From Monocercomonoides exilis PA203 (lineage: Eukaryota > Protista > Preaxostyla): 64,000 nt of DNA. Shown here one piece after another: positions 1 to 12,100 of this stretch. The stretch's first letter is position 1. Every line of letters begins with the position of its first letter. The DNA lies in NCBI GenBank assembly GCA_001643675.2, contig LSRY02000047.1, positions 62,001 to 126,000 of the forward strand. The letters are read 5' to 3'. The notes under the pieces are model-generated. The model was not told the DNA's origin. It saw only the letters and a program-made list of their open reading frames with translations, and ran no database searches. The position numbers and the translations under genes were made by a program.

Positions 1-1456
1 AGAATCAGAATCTGCTTTGCCTGCTCCATCTTTCTCGTTCTTTCCACGCATCGCCTTTCTCGCCTTCGCAACTTCCTGTGGTGGGTATGCTTCGATAGAA
101 TCGCTGACCTCCTTCAGCCTCTCCTTCAACTCGTCGCTGCGCAGAAATATGTCAAAGAACGTCCCGCGGTGCAGCTGCACTGTCTTCAACACATTCCTCA
201 TTCTTGGTTTCTTCCCTTTTTTGCCTCCACGTTTGGATGCTTTCTTGGATTCTTTAACTTCTTCTTTAACTTTCATGACAACCTCTTCATCGCCCAGTCG
301 CTTTCCTTCCTTCCATCGTATTGTCGGTCCCAATTTTGCAGCTTCCTCCAAAGCCTTCTTTCTCCTCTCTTCTTTCTCCTTCTTTTCTTTCTCTTTTTCT
401 TCTTTCTTCTTTTTCTTTTCTTTTTCTTTTTCTTCATCGTTTTTATCGCTGTCATCATCACTATCTTCTTCGTCATCTTCATCATCGTCTTCGTCATCGT
501 CTTCAAAGTCATGCGGAAGATGAACGCAAATATCACCATCTGAATCATAACTTATTATTAGCTCAGTCTTCAGAACTTCATTCTCAAAATATGGATTTGG
601 AGCGAAGTGAAATTCCAAAACAAGTTTGTATCGTTGGTCTGGTTTAATAGAAGATGTCTGCTGTTCTCCAGATGAAGTTTCTGATGAGGATGTCTCCTTT
701 TCTGACTTCAAAACACTTGGCTCAACCTCAGTTTTATCATCTGCTTTCTCTTCGGTAGGCTCATAGGCTAACTTTTGTGTTCGTATATCTGTTATGTAAT
801 CAAGAGCAGCAATATCTCTTTCGAATATGCACTGATTCAATGTTTTGCTGTTTATCAAACATAATTTCCAAAATGAAGGTATTCCTGAAAAAAATAAAAA
901 AATGGAAATTAATAAAAAAAAAATTGAACAATGAAATATTTATCTTGAAAAAAATAATACCTTTTTCGTCACGAACATTGCTTGGGCTTTCTGCTCCAGA
1001 AGATGGCTCAGAAAATGGAAGTTGTCCAACTGGAGCAAGATCTTCTTCTGTCGGTTCATATTCACCGCTAATAATCTTTTGCTTTTTCGCAATTGTTTCG
1101 TCAAATAATACTTCAAATTTTTGGCGAAGTAAAGCTTCTTCAACAAGAAACTTTTGATGCATTTTTTCATATTCTTCGTGAAGTTTTTTCACAGCTGAAA
1201 TTCTTTTTTTAACAGGGGCAGTGTACATGTGAAAAGATAAAAGCTTTTCGTCTTAAAGATTGAAATTTGATTTTGTCGGTCAATATATTTTTAAGATAAG
1301 GGATTTTGGAATAGTTTTATTAAGAAACTCATAAAATATAGAACGCAAACTAGTTATTTCATCGTTTGCATCATTTTCATTGACGCTATTTGTGTTATCA
1401 CTTTTTATATCGGTTTTTCCGTCGGATGTTGGTAATTGGGTTGATTCACTCGACAT
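1..1456 (-). CDS. NAP1: Nucleosome assembly protein (NAP1 family), intron-containing, 3' end runs off the window
   Basis: Spliced translation gives VKKRISAVKKL...KIISGEYEPTEED, GI|PSFWKLCL (intron ~886-958), LVLEFHFAPNPYFENEVLK, IRWKEGK and TFFDIF, all NAP-family motifs. Probable ATG at 1456. Acidic/EK-rich insert at ~350-510. Confidence 0.88.
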
Positions 1457-2115
1457 TATTATCGATCAAAATATGATCTTGTGTAATATTCCTATATTAG
1501 AAATCTCATTTATAAACTTTTTCATAAAAACAAAAAACACGTGAAGGAAAAAATAAAAAATTTATTTTTTAATGAATATGTTTTTTATTTTTGGTTCATT
1601 GTTAAAAGTTATTTAAAATGAAAACATATTGTTTCGTTTCTTTTTTTTTTTTTCTTATTTTTCTAAATGCATAAGTGAAGATATTCTTGAATTGAAAATA
1701 ACGTTCCATACAGCATAATTAAGACTTTTTCGAAATTCAATATTTAATAATAAATTTTTTCATTATTATGAAAGACTTAATTATATGACAACAAAAAAAA
1801 GTTGGAACAAATCGTAGTCTTTATCAAAAAAAGCAAAATTTTTGCTCCATATCCTTTATGAAGTCAAACAAAAACGATATTGCATTTCACTCGGGTGTTT
1901 TTGCACAATCTTCTTCCAATTTAAAAAATTAAACAAAGCATTAATAAAATTTCAAGTACAGATGAAAAAAAATTCATTTTGCATTCAAAAAGAATCTTAA
2001 GAAATGACAAGATCCTTTTATAAAAATAATATATGAATTATAAACAAATTTTTAGTAATAAAAATTAAAATTAAAGATAAAGTTCATGAAAAGAGCAAAG
2101 TACAAGACAATGAAT

Positions 2116-2666
2116 TTAATCTTCCATATCCAAATCTCTCAATCTTGAAACTACAACACTGCGACTTGTTTCCTGGATTTCTCCTCCAAGAAATATCTCA
2201 TCAATGATTGCGTAAGCCTGATTTAAACAGATAATTAATCTCAAAAAATCATGCAACATACATCGAGCAAACCTTGTAAAAAGTATACACAACATCCAAC
2301 TCACAAACGGTTCCGAAGTAATCATCAAGACACTCCACAAAAAGATGGATAACCTCGAGATATGCAAGTTCATTATCGTTGTAATCAACGCCAACAATAA
2401 AATACAATCCGGCATAACGGCGGAATATAAGCTTCATGCTTTTATACTAAATGCAACGATAAGTATTATGACAAAAAATTAAAAATTGTCACTTTCAAAA
2501 GCACCAATTAAACCTCGATAAAATGAGTGAAATCTTTTGGCCTCTTTGTTATCATTCTTAGTGTTTGTGACTCGAGCGAACGCTTTTCTTCATCTTCGTA
2601 TGGCACATAGTACTTTGCAACTCTAATTCTGCCCAAACGGTTAATAAGATAGAAAAAGTGGATCAT
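2116..2666 (-). CDS. AP2S1: Clathrin adaptor AP complex small (sigma) subunit, AP-2 sigma-like; 3 exons
   Basis: [28 protein letters not shown]...FTHFIE|[58 protein letters not shown]|[18 protein letters not shown] matches sigma-adaptin, with two GT-AG introns. Confidence 0.88.
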
Positions 2667-2942
2667 TTTGATCTCTTATGTATAAATTAATATTTTCTAT
2701 AATGTGAATTTTTTTGGAATTGATTCATGAAGAGATTTGATAATATTTCGTTTTAATTGGTTTTTTATCGTTTGTAACGGCACTGATTATAGAGCGCAAC
2801 AATAATAGCAACAAATCAACAATGAATTTAAAAAATTGAAAAGCATGCATTATAACATATTAAAAGTTTATATTCATGCTTTGTCTGAAGATAAAATTGA
2901 AGCATTCGAAAAATTTGTTGCGTCACAAACTCTTTGAGATGT

Positions 2943-3596
2943 TTTGACGTATTAAAGCAGTGGTCTGGGGAAATTTTTTATTCACGCAAACAATCGGCCT
3001 ATGGTTCGTATTGTGCTATTTAAACTTCAGTGGTCATTAGTGATCGCCTAAATAGTTATGCTTGTCCGAAGTGCATGCTATCTGTGCAATACCCTGTCTT
3101 ATGTGATACAACTCATTTTTATAATGAAAAAGGAAATGCAGCACTTGCATATAAATGGGTGATTGACCATGGTATTAGAATGGAAGTCCTCATTCCATAT
3201 ATTTCAGGCTCTGGAAGATTTCCTCAATGCTCTCAAAAATGCGTTAACGGAACTTTCATCAAAAGATATAAAGCAAAAAAATTACAACATTTCACAGTGA
3301 ATCAGACTCGTCAAGAATTATGTTCAAATGGACCTGTTTACTCTCGATTCATAATTTATCTTGATTTCACGAATTATGAAAAAGGAATTTATCAGCACGC
3401 ATCAAAAACAGCTTGTGATGGGCATGCTTTTCCTCTTCGATAATGAGTAGAAAATGGAATTCCTTATTATATATTACAAAATTCATGGGAAGAAGATTGG
3501 AGAAAAAAAGGATTTTTTAAAATGCTTAGGAAAGCTTATGAATGAAATGTAGAGAGCAATTTTGATTCGGTTGCAGTTGAATATTCATCATTTTAA
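2943..3596 (+). pseudogene. Cathepsin B-like papain-family (C1A) cysteine protease pseudogene
   Basis: One frame reads FDVLKQWSG...QSAYGSYCAI*...SDR...NGPVY...YLDFTNYEKGIYQH...[31 protein letters not shown]. In-frame stops at 3021, 3441, 3444 and 3543; catalytic GSCWAF reads GSYCAI. 5' limit uncertain. Confidence 0.85.
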
Positions 3597-4005
3597 AAAA
3601 TCGAATAGAATATCCATTTTTAAAGAATGCTATTTTCAAACAGTTTTATCTTCTTTCTCATTTCGTAAATATGCATTTATTTCATTCCACGCATAGCATT
3701 CTTTGAGTTCATTCTGTTTTTTTTTTTTTTTTTCTTGAGATACTATTTTAAAGTTGTATTTTAAAAAATTGTTAAATAAAAATTTTGCTTGTTTTTTGTG
3801 ATTCGACGTTCGTTTTTCATTCTTATTTTCATTTCCAAAATGGCATGTGCAGTATCTTTTTTTAGGAATGAACATAACTTCTCAAAAAAATCGTTATTAA
3901 TCCTCACTAACATTTTTTGTACTAACCCTTATTTCAAATTACGTATTTCAAACAGAACCTTTCTTTCAGTTATTTGAAACAACCTCAAAAACATCTCGAT
4001 TAAAT

Positions 4006-4839
4006 ATGTCACAATCAGCAAGAAAAACATCTGGATTTTCATTAGGAGATGGAGAATCTCATTTTCAAAGTAGCAGCCAAGCCGTATGAACTTTTTCTTT
4101 TAATCAACTTGAAAAAGAATTAAATGTTAAATAATGATCATAATTTGAACGTTTTTCTCCAGTCATACGCAGATCCAAGAACAGTTGATGTTGCACCAAC
4201 GAGGTATCAGCAGAAAGATATGCAAAAAGAATCTTTCAGTTTTGGAACTGATGAAGGGAGTTCTGATACATTTAAAACTACAAGTCAGTCAACTTACACG
4301 TCACATTCGAGTGAGGGAGATGCACAACCTTCTCGCTTGACGCAGGATGATAAAGACCGTTTGAGAAAATCTCATTTTTCACTCGGAAATACAGAAGAGG
4401 AAAGCCCGGAAAAACCTAGAGGGAAACAGTCAATTCGCCAACCAAGAACAAGTGATGTGATTGTTTCAATCGGAGATTCTGGCGAAGAAGGGAGATTTAA
4501 AACAACTTCATCAAGCTCTTACAAATCAGATTATACACCTTCTTCCAAATCTTCTTATGAAGAAGCACCTGCTGCTGGATATTCCAGTTTGTGAAAACTT
4601 TTCTATTTTTTTTTTTAAATAATTTCCCTATTTCCCTCCCCATTCTTGTTTATTTTTTATTGCGCAATATTTCAGCAAAAAGCAAAAGCAGTGAAGCTCC
4701 ATGGGCAAGAGATGATTCAGAAGGAAGTCGCCATCAAGGAAAAGGAACAGGAAGACAACAAAGAGAAGCAGGATTTGCTTTAGGAGATGATAAAGCACCA
4801 ATTCAATCATCGTACTCAGCTACTTATAATCAAAAATAA
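4006..4839 (+). CDS. Hypothetical repeat protein with F-S-[LF]-G...TTS..SY repeats, possibly a SAXO/TEX45-like microtubule inner protein; 3 exons
   Basis: ATG at 4006; introns ~4084-4162 and ~4587-4675. Repeats SGFSLGD..FQSSSQASY, ESFSFGTD..FKTTSQSTY, SHFSLGN, VSIGDS..FKTTSSSSY, AGFALGDD..SSYSATY. Confidence 0.6.
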
Positions 4840-4947
4840 CTTCAAGATTTTCGTTTTTCTTTGTTGAATGAGAAAAGAAAAAAATCTATATCATCAACAT
4901 TTCATTAAACTACTCTTCTGATTTGACTCAATGAGTTATTATGCTCC

Positions 4948-5006
4948 ATTTTGTTTTGTTTTGTTTTGTTTTGTTTTGTTTTGTTTTGTTTTGTTTTGTT
5001 TTGTTT
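4948..5006. repeat. (TTTTG)n microsatellite
   Basis: About 11 tandem TTTTG units visible directly. Confidence 0.95.
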
Positions 5007-5258
5007 AATTTTAGAATTTTAAAGACTTATTTTTCAAAAATGTACGGTTATAAAAATTTTGTTGGGAATTACAAATAATTTTCTTATTCATCTTTAAACA
5101 AAAGCAGAAAAATTACAACTGATATTTTTTCCCCCTATCTATTTACATTAATTTGAACTAGTTCCTAGAATTATTTTGAAAAATGCAACTTCAACAGAAA
5201 GATTTTATAAGAAGACATTAATTTTCAACATCCCAAATAAAAAAGAGACAAGAATTTC

Positions 5259-5268
5259 ACTCACTCAC

Positions 5269-5309
<41 letters not shown>

Positions 5310-5326
5310 TTTTTTTTTTTTTTTTT
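5259..5326. repeat. (ACTC)n/(CT)n tract followed by poly-T
   Basis: Seen directly, just left of the first foldback element. Confidence 0.9.
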
Positions 5327-5364
5327 CATTCTCATTAATATCCGTTTATTTATTCGTATAAATA

Positions 5365-6342
5365 GGGTCATAATTTTATTAGTATCCCGTTTTTATTAGA
5401 TCCTAAATTTTTTTCTCATATTGCTTCATATAGAAGCTTATACGCAATGAGAATAATTTTAAAACAAATAATATATTATTATAAGGTTGTATACCAAATA
5501 TTTTTGATTCTCATTTCTTTTAAAAAAAGATCTGAATTTTTTAAGTTTTATTTTTTGATCAATGTTTTGCTCGTGTTTCCACGAGTTTTTGAAACCAAGC
5601 ATTTTCCTTGTTAGCATTGTTTTTAAACTTCTCTTTTTAACATTTTTGGTTATTTTATAACTATAGAAACTCTTTTTTTTCACTAGTTTTCACACCTCAC
5701 CTTTTTTTCATAAAACTGAAATATAAACAAAGAGAATATTATTTACACCTTTTTCTTTTAATCAAATAATGTATTATTTAGTATAATATCATATAGTTAA
5801 GCTATAATATATGAATATTTGTGAATGACGAGTTTAACACGAAAAACAAAATATCGTCTTTTTCATTTTGTGTACCAAATGTTTTTGGTAAAATATTTTT
5901 ACCATATCACATATTTGTAACAAACAATAATACATTATTTGATAAAAAGAAAAAGGTGTAAATAATATTCTCTTTGTTTATATTTCAGTTTTATGAAAAA
6001 AAGGTGAGGTGTGAAAACTAGTGAAAAAAAAGAGTTTCTATAGTTATAAAATAACCAAAAATGTTAAAAAGAGAAGTTTAAAAACAATGCTAACAAGGAA
6101 AATGCTTGGTTTCAAAAACTCGTGGAAACACGAGCAAAACATTGATCAAAAAATAAAACTTAAAAAATTCAGATCTTTTTTTAAAAGAAATGAGAATCAA
6201 AAATATTTGGTATACAACCTTATAATAATATATTATTTGTTTTAAAATTATTCTCATTGCGTATAAGCTTCTATATGAAGCAATATGAGAAAAAAAAATT
6301 TAGGATCTAATAAAAAACGGGATACTAATAAAATAATGACCC
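5365..6342. mobile_element. Foldback/MITE-like non-autonomous DNA transposon with ~415 bp terminal inverted repeats, TA-flanked
   Basis: Arms 5365-5778 and 5926-6342 are near-perfect reverse complements (identical 74-aa ORFs at 5459-5683 minus and 6021-6245 plus), with a ~147 bp spacer. Ends read TA|GGGTCA...TGACCC|TA. Confidence 0.85.
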
Positions 6343-6616
6343 TATATGTATTGAAGATTTTCATTTTCGATTTTTTAATTTTAAAAAAAAGAATTTTCGT
6401 GAGATTTGTTCTGATGAACCATTTATTTTTTCAAATAATGTTAACATGCATTTCGAAATAAATCAAATTGAGTCTTTGATCATAAAAAAATTCTGAGATT
6501 AATTGATTTCTGGCAGAATGTCAAAAAAAAAATTATAGTGTGAGAAAAAATTACGTTCAAATGTGTTTGAAAATTGAACCTTCATTTTTAATAAATATCA
6601 TTAAACATGTGAATGA

Positions 6617-7980
6617 AGGTTGTTTTTTTTATCCGGATATTATTTTATATGGGAATGAAAAAATATTAAAATTTTATTTCACTATAGCATGTTTGTTTCT
6701 ATAAAAAGGACACTAGTTATAAATATAGTCAATCAACTCTCTCAAGATTATTTTTCGAGAATTTTCTTGTTTTCTTTCATCTACAGAATTATCATCAAAA
6801 AAAACTTTTTTTCGTGTAATTTTCCTTTTCTTTGGTTTTTCATCATCAAACAATTTTTTTCCACAGTTTTTTTCATTATCATCATTCCTTATCTTCTCTT
6901 CTTTCATTTTCTTTTGATTTCTCCATTCATCCAATAAATCTTTATCAGTAATTATTTTTCCATGAAAATCAAATCTGAGATTCTTTTTCATAAGTGTGAC
7001 TGAAGGCTCATCTGGCAACGTGGAAAGAACAGAATGCCATTGATTTGATAACGCTCCACTTTTAACAAAGGAAGAAACAATTGTTTCTGGTTATAATGCA
7101 GTTTGCAGAGCTTGAGGAAGTGAATCTGAAATTGCTTTTCTTCAAAGAGAGAAAGATGAAGAAGTAGGAACGACATATTTGGTGTTAAAACATTTTTTGA
7201 AGACGGCAAATACTCCACGGTCGAGAGGCTGAGTGTGGTGTGTGCTGTGAGGGATAAAAGTCACGAAGTCGATGGACGCATCAGCGAATTTTTGCCAAAT
7301 GTCGGGCTGAGCTCTCGATGGATGAGAGTTCAACAGAAGAAGGCATCTTTCTTTATCTTTGTTCAAAAGAGTTCGTCTTTCCACGATTTTTTGAAGGAGA
7401 GCATCTTCAGTATATCTTCTGAATATTGCGTCGGTCATCCAGCAATCGTTGTCTTCCCAATTATTTATTGGAGAACTGAGTATCACATGCAGTTCGGCTG
7501 GAATCTTCTTTTGAGGCTATAAAACGATGCTTGAAAAAGAATAATTTTATACAGAAGCTGCAACACTCAACGGGGCGTTTGACATGTTCATGGGTGTTTT
7601 GTTGAATCCAGTTTGTGAATCTGAAGGATGCACAACAAGCTTTTTGGTGGTATCCGTGAGGCGAATGGAAGATTCGTCGGGACTAAATATCAATGAAGAA
7701 GAATATTTGGTGGAAAATACGGACTTTCAAGCATTTTACGCACAAAGCACATAAAAATTGCTTTGCTCAAAACTAAATTTCGCTTTCTCAAATTTCAAAA
7801 TAAATCTGATTTTCATATCTGCACACAGACGTCGTTGAAACCAAAACATAAAGTTTTCCAATATATCTCGAATGTCAAAAAATGGACCCAATTTTTATGT
7901 GTTTTTTTTATCTCAAAAAGTCAATGAAAAGTCATTATTTTTCAAAGAAAATGCCTGAAGGAAAATGTTTTGTCCCATAT
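6617..7980 (-). mobile_element. Degenerate pogo/Tigger-like DDE_1 transposase remnant
   Basis: SLIFSPDESS (first D), WMTDAIF, CLLLLNSHPSR (D to N in the LLLLDxHxSH motif) and FIPHSTHHTQPLDRGVFAVFKK, with stops and frameshifts. TIR-like AGGTTGTTTTTTTTATCCGGA at 6617. Confidence 0.82.
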
Positions 7981-8299
7981 GTTGTATTTTTTCGAGTTCA
8001 ATTAATTTCTAATTTTGAACAATATAAACTGAAATTGAAATATGACTTTCGGTTTCAATTACTGGAAAACAATCATTGTGCCGCGTTTTTGGATTCTCAA
8101 AAATATCGTGTTCTACTAATCCTGGCCACAGATCGTTACAGGCTATCAGTTGGTAGAAGTGAAAGAGGAGATGGAACTCTTTTCTATGAAATTTTGCTTC
8201 TTTGCTAATTCTCTTTCTTCATTTTTAATTCGAAAAATTTCCGTTCATGCGTTTCTGTTCTAGACTTTCAATTTGTTTTCTTTTTAAATTTGCATTTTT

Positions 8300-9170
8300 T
8301 ATTCCATTGATTTATTTTCTATTTTCTCCTGCAAAACCGTTCATCATTTACTTACATGTGGGAACTGAATCATGCTGATTTCTTTCAGCTTGCTTGTGCG
8401 CTGATGTTTCAGAACCAAAGCAGCGTTTGGCACACAACAGCAGACAATGCAACTGCATATTGTTTTGTGTCAACCTTCTTTGGGAGTTGAGATATTATGC
8501 ACTTGCAAATATGCATATTGATAAACTATCTTGTCATTAAAGTCCATTTTCTATTTTATTTTTTGGCAACAACCTTTTTTTCTTCACAAATCCAATTTTC
8601 ACTCAAGAATCTGGACTATTGAAAGATAGAAAAAGTGTTTTTTTGTAGATCTTTGAAAATATTGAGAACTATATTTATTGTTTTTTTGAAATGGAATTAA
8701 ATGTGAAGTGAATGAGCAAGAAATGTCAAATTTAATCATGACTCCCTTGAGAAAAAAAGACAATCATTTTTAGGATGTGCTATTAAAGCAATAGAACTTT
8801 TGAGAATTTGTATTTTGAACTCAAATCCAAGCAAAGGCTGTTGACATTTTTTGTTTCCTGGACAAAATACAAACAAATTCCATTTTCATTGAGCTTGCAA
8901 AACGGGTAACATATTCAGAAATGAAAATGATATTATGAGAATGATCAGTAGAGTTACAACTTTTGACAATTATAATGATATGATTCCACATGATTCATGT
9001 AATTCTCTGTTGTAAAACCTTTTATTTCAAAAGCTCAAAACAACTTTCAGTAATGACAGTTCTATTAAATCTCATGTTTCATCTTCGAAGAAAATGCACT
9101 CTTGTGTCTTTTTGTCAATTTGAAAATATTGTTTCATTCATAAAATGTGCAAGAGGGAAATTCGCTTATT
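8300..9170. repeat. Conserved 3' flanking block, copy 1 (paralog at ~45130-45995)
   Basis: Direct comparison, e.g. GCAAAACCGTTCATCATTTACTTACATGTGGGAACTGAA occurs in both; roughly 85-95% identity by eye over ~870 bp. Confidence 0.9.
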
Positions 9171-12100
9171 TCAAGACTCTGATTGCCCACAGGTTTCGTT
9201 GTTGTCACTACCCACTTGTTCATCATCTGAATCTTCTTCATCGATAATGGCATCTGAAATAGTGATCATCACTGCATTTGCTGGGAAGCACTGGATAAAG
9301 TGACGTTTCAGATCAGCCAATGTGGGTCTGTCTTCAGAATTCCCTGAAGTGCACGAAATAACTGCTTGCAAATGCTTTGAGCTTTGAATTCCCTCCAAAC
9401 TTGGTCTCTCTCCTTTCACGATCTTGTCTCCAGCTATTTCTGCTTCATACTCCCCAAACGGGATCTCCAGTGTAAGACACTCCCATAGCATCATACCGAT
9501 AGAGAACACAACCGATTCCTTTGTTGCCTCCATTTTCTTGTTCATCAGCAGCTCAGGCGCCTTCCACCTCAAACACTCTTTTTTGAAGCCATTTTCATCC
9601 TCAAATGCCGATGAAGGAAGAGAGTCACTTTCATCATCACCACTGGTAGAAGTCACAACAGTTGATGAAGAGATGGATGATAAGTCTGAATCATCCGAAG
9701 AGAAGTCTGAATGCATCACGATGCAAATAACCATGTGTTCTGAAAACAATACAATATGAGGGCTAAGATTATCAAGAGATTGAAGAGGAGCTTCCATTTC
9801 ATCAAATGAATGTAATGCTCCATTTGCAACCCAGAACAGGATTTGAGCAGCTGTCATCTCTCTTTCTTTCAAGGAGCCAATCTCCATCTCCTTCTTCTCA
9901 TTCCTTCCATGAAGCAGCATGAACAGTGAATCCCTCAGATCCACAATCAGCTTCTCATGAGGGGATGAACAGGCCATTGCATCCACCAGATTCGACATCG
10001 ATGAAGTGGTTGGGCACAAATCCTCCCTTCGAACAAATGTGGATTCTGTATCTGAAGTGTCTGTAGTTGAAGTGGATGAAATGGAAGGTGATGGCGTTCT
10101 CTTCCTGAGCTCTTCTTCCTCCTCCTTTTCTAATGCCCAATCAGGAATCTTATCTGAGTCTTTTCCCAATATGTATTCAGTTGAGTCACTCTCGGAGAGA
10201 AGATGTTCTGATGACTCTGAGTGTCCCAAGCTTTTCGCATACACTCTCTTCTTTATCTTTTCTTCATTTTTCTTCTCAGCCTCCCTTTCTGCTCTCCTCC
10301 ATTGCTCCTCTGGAGACATCTCCATCGTCACCATCTCGAACGCCTTCGGATCCTTTTTGATGTTATCATTCACAATCTCTTCTAATTCTTCTGTTCTGTT
10401 CTTTGCTTTTCTCCATCGAACAAAAAAGATGATAAATCCAAGAAATACAATTAGAAAAAGTGTTGATAGCATTATAATAATTATAAATGCCCATGATGAC
10501 TTTTCTTCTTTTCCACCTTCAGCAACAATATTATCTCCCTTTGATTGGGGTTCACTTTTGTTCTTCAGAATGATTGCTTCAGTGGAAGATGGCGAATCTT
10601 CATTTTCAAAAAGAATGCACACTGACACTTCTGTTCCATCACCAGCTTTTCTGAAAAGCTCTGTTACAATCACTCCAACAACTGCATTTTCTGATACAAA
10701 GGCTGATTCTTCGAAGTTGAATGTTTCAATCAATTCCTCGTCACCTTCTTTGAACAAGACAGAGAATGACAAATTGCAAGGCAGAAGAAGCGATCCTTCA
10801 AATTTGAGATTTGTAATTGTTCCATTCTCTTCGCTTTTCACACTCTCCAGCACAGGAATGAAGAACGATGATTCCCTTTCAGAAACTATTCCTCCAAAGT
10901 TGCACCCATCATTCAACATCCAAAGTGATGCATTCGGCAACACTCCATCCCCTCCTTTCAGACTCATCACATTCAGCTCCCCTGCTCCTGCACACAGCAC
11001 ATTCCTCCGAGCTGATCCATACCCTGCAACCTCTGGATTGTTGTTCCGAAACTCACTTTTTTCAATGGAAACAATCCCACCCCATATGGACATCCCTCCT
11101 TTCCCAGAATTCGCCACCTCTGAGTATTTCACACAAATCGTGCTGTTTATCGTGTCAACAAGTGATCCATTCCACTTGCATAGTTCATCTCTTTTCCTTT
11201 CATCGTCAACCTCTTCTTCCTCTGCCATTTCCTTTTCTCCCTCGAAAATGCATGAGTCCAAATCAACCATTTTGCACAAGGACACACAAAGCTCATCGCC
11301 TTTCTCTTTCTTCATTCTGTTCTCCTTCACAGTGCAGTTTGCAAATCTCATTGCTCCTCTGAATCCATTGCACATAATGACTGCCGATTCTGAGTGACTC
11401 GATGTGATGTTCACAAATTCAGAAACACTCATCATGGCAACTGGCTCATTGTTCTCCTCTTCTTGCTTTCTTTTGGGTTTTGCTTCTTGAATATCAACAA
11501 TGCTTCCATTCCTCAGCTCAACATTTTTCATCACCATTTTTTCAATCGACACCTCGCCTTTCACACCTTGCATCTCAAAAATCGATGCTTCAGCAATGAT
11601 CCCTGAAATATTGATGCTATCAAGGGTCATCTTGCATTCTCTTGATGAAAGAAAACTCTCGCAAAGCACAGCATCAAAGCAGTTCAAACCAAGCACTTTC
11701 AAAGCAGATCCCTCTGAAAACACAAGAACAGACTTCTCAAATGTCAATCCTTCAATATTCACAGAGCTCATCAAAACACTTCCACCAACACATTTCACAG
11801 CCGAAAATGGAATGCTCAATCTGTTGTCACTTCCCTCTTCACTCACTTTCATTCTCCCAAATATACACGAGGCAACCGACAGTTCTCCATTTTCTTCACA
11901 CAACAGAACACTCGACTGCTTGCCAATCACCGATTGCTCAGAAAACACAACACTCAACCCTTGAAGCATCACATCTCCGCTGCAGCTAATCACACTTTCT
12001 GCTTCGTCTTCTGCTCCAATCATCAGAACAACCATCCCTTCTCCTTTCCCTTTTCTCTGAAGCACAACATTCTCTGCTCGCATCCACCCTTCAATCGGCA

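Noticed and set aside
5459-6245. Two identical 74-aa ORFs as duplicated genes
   Set aside because: They are AT-rich by-products of the inverted-repeat arms, start at GTG and show no domain.
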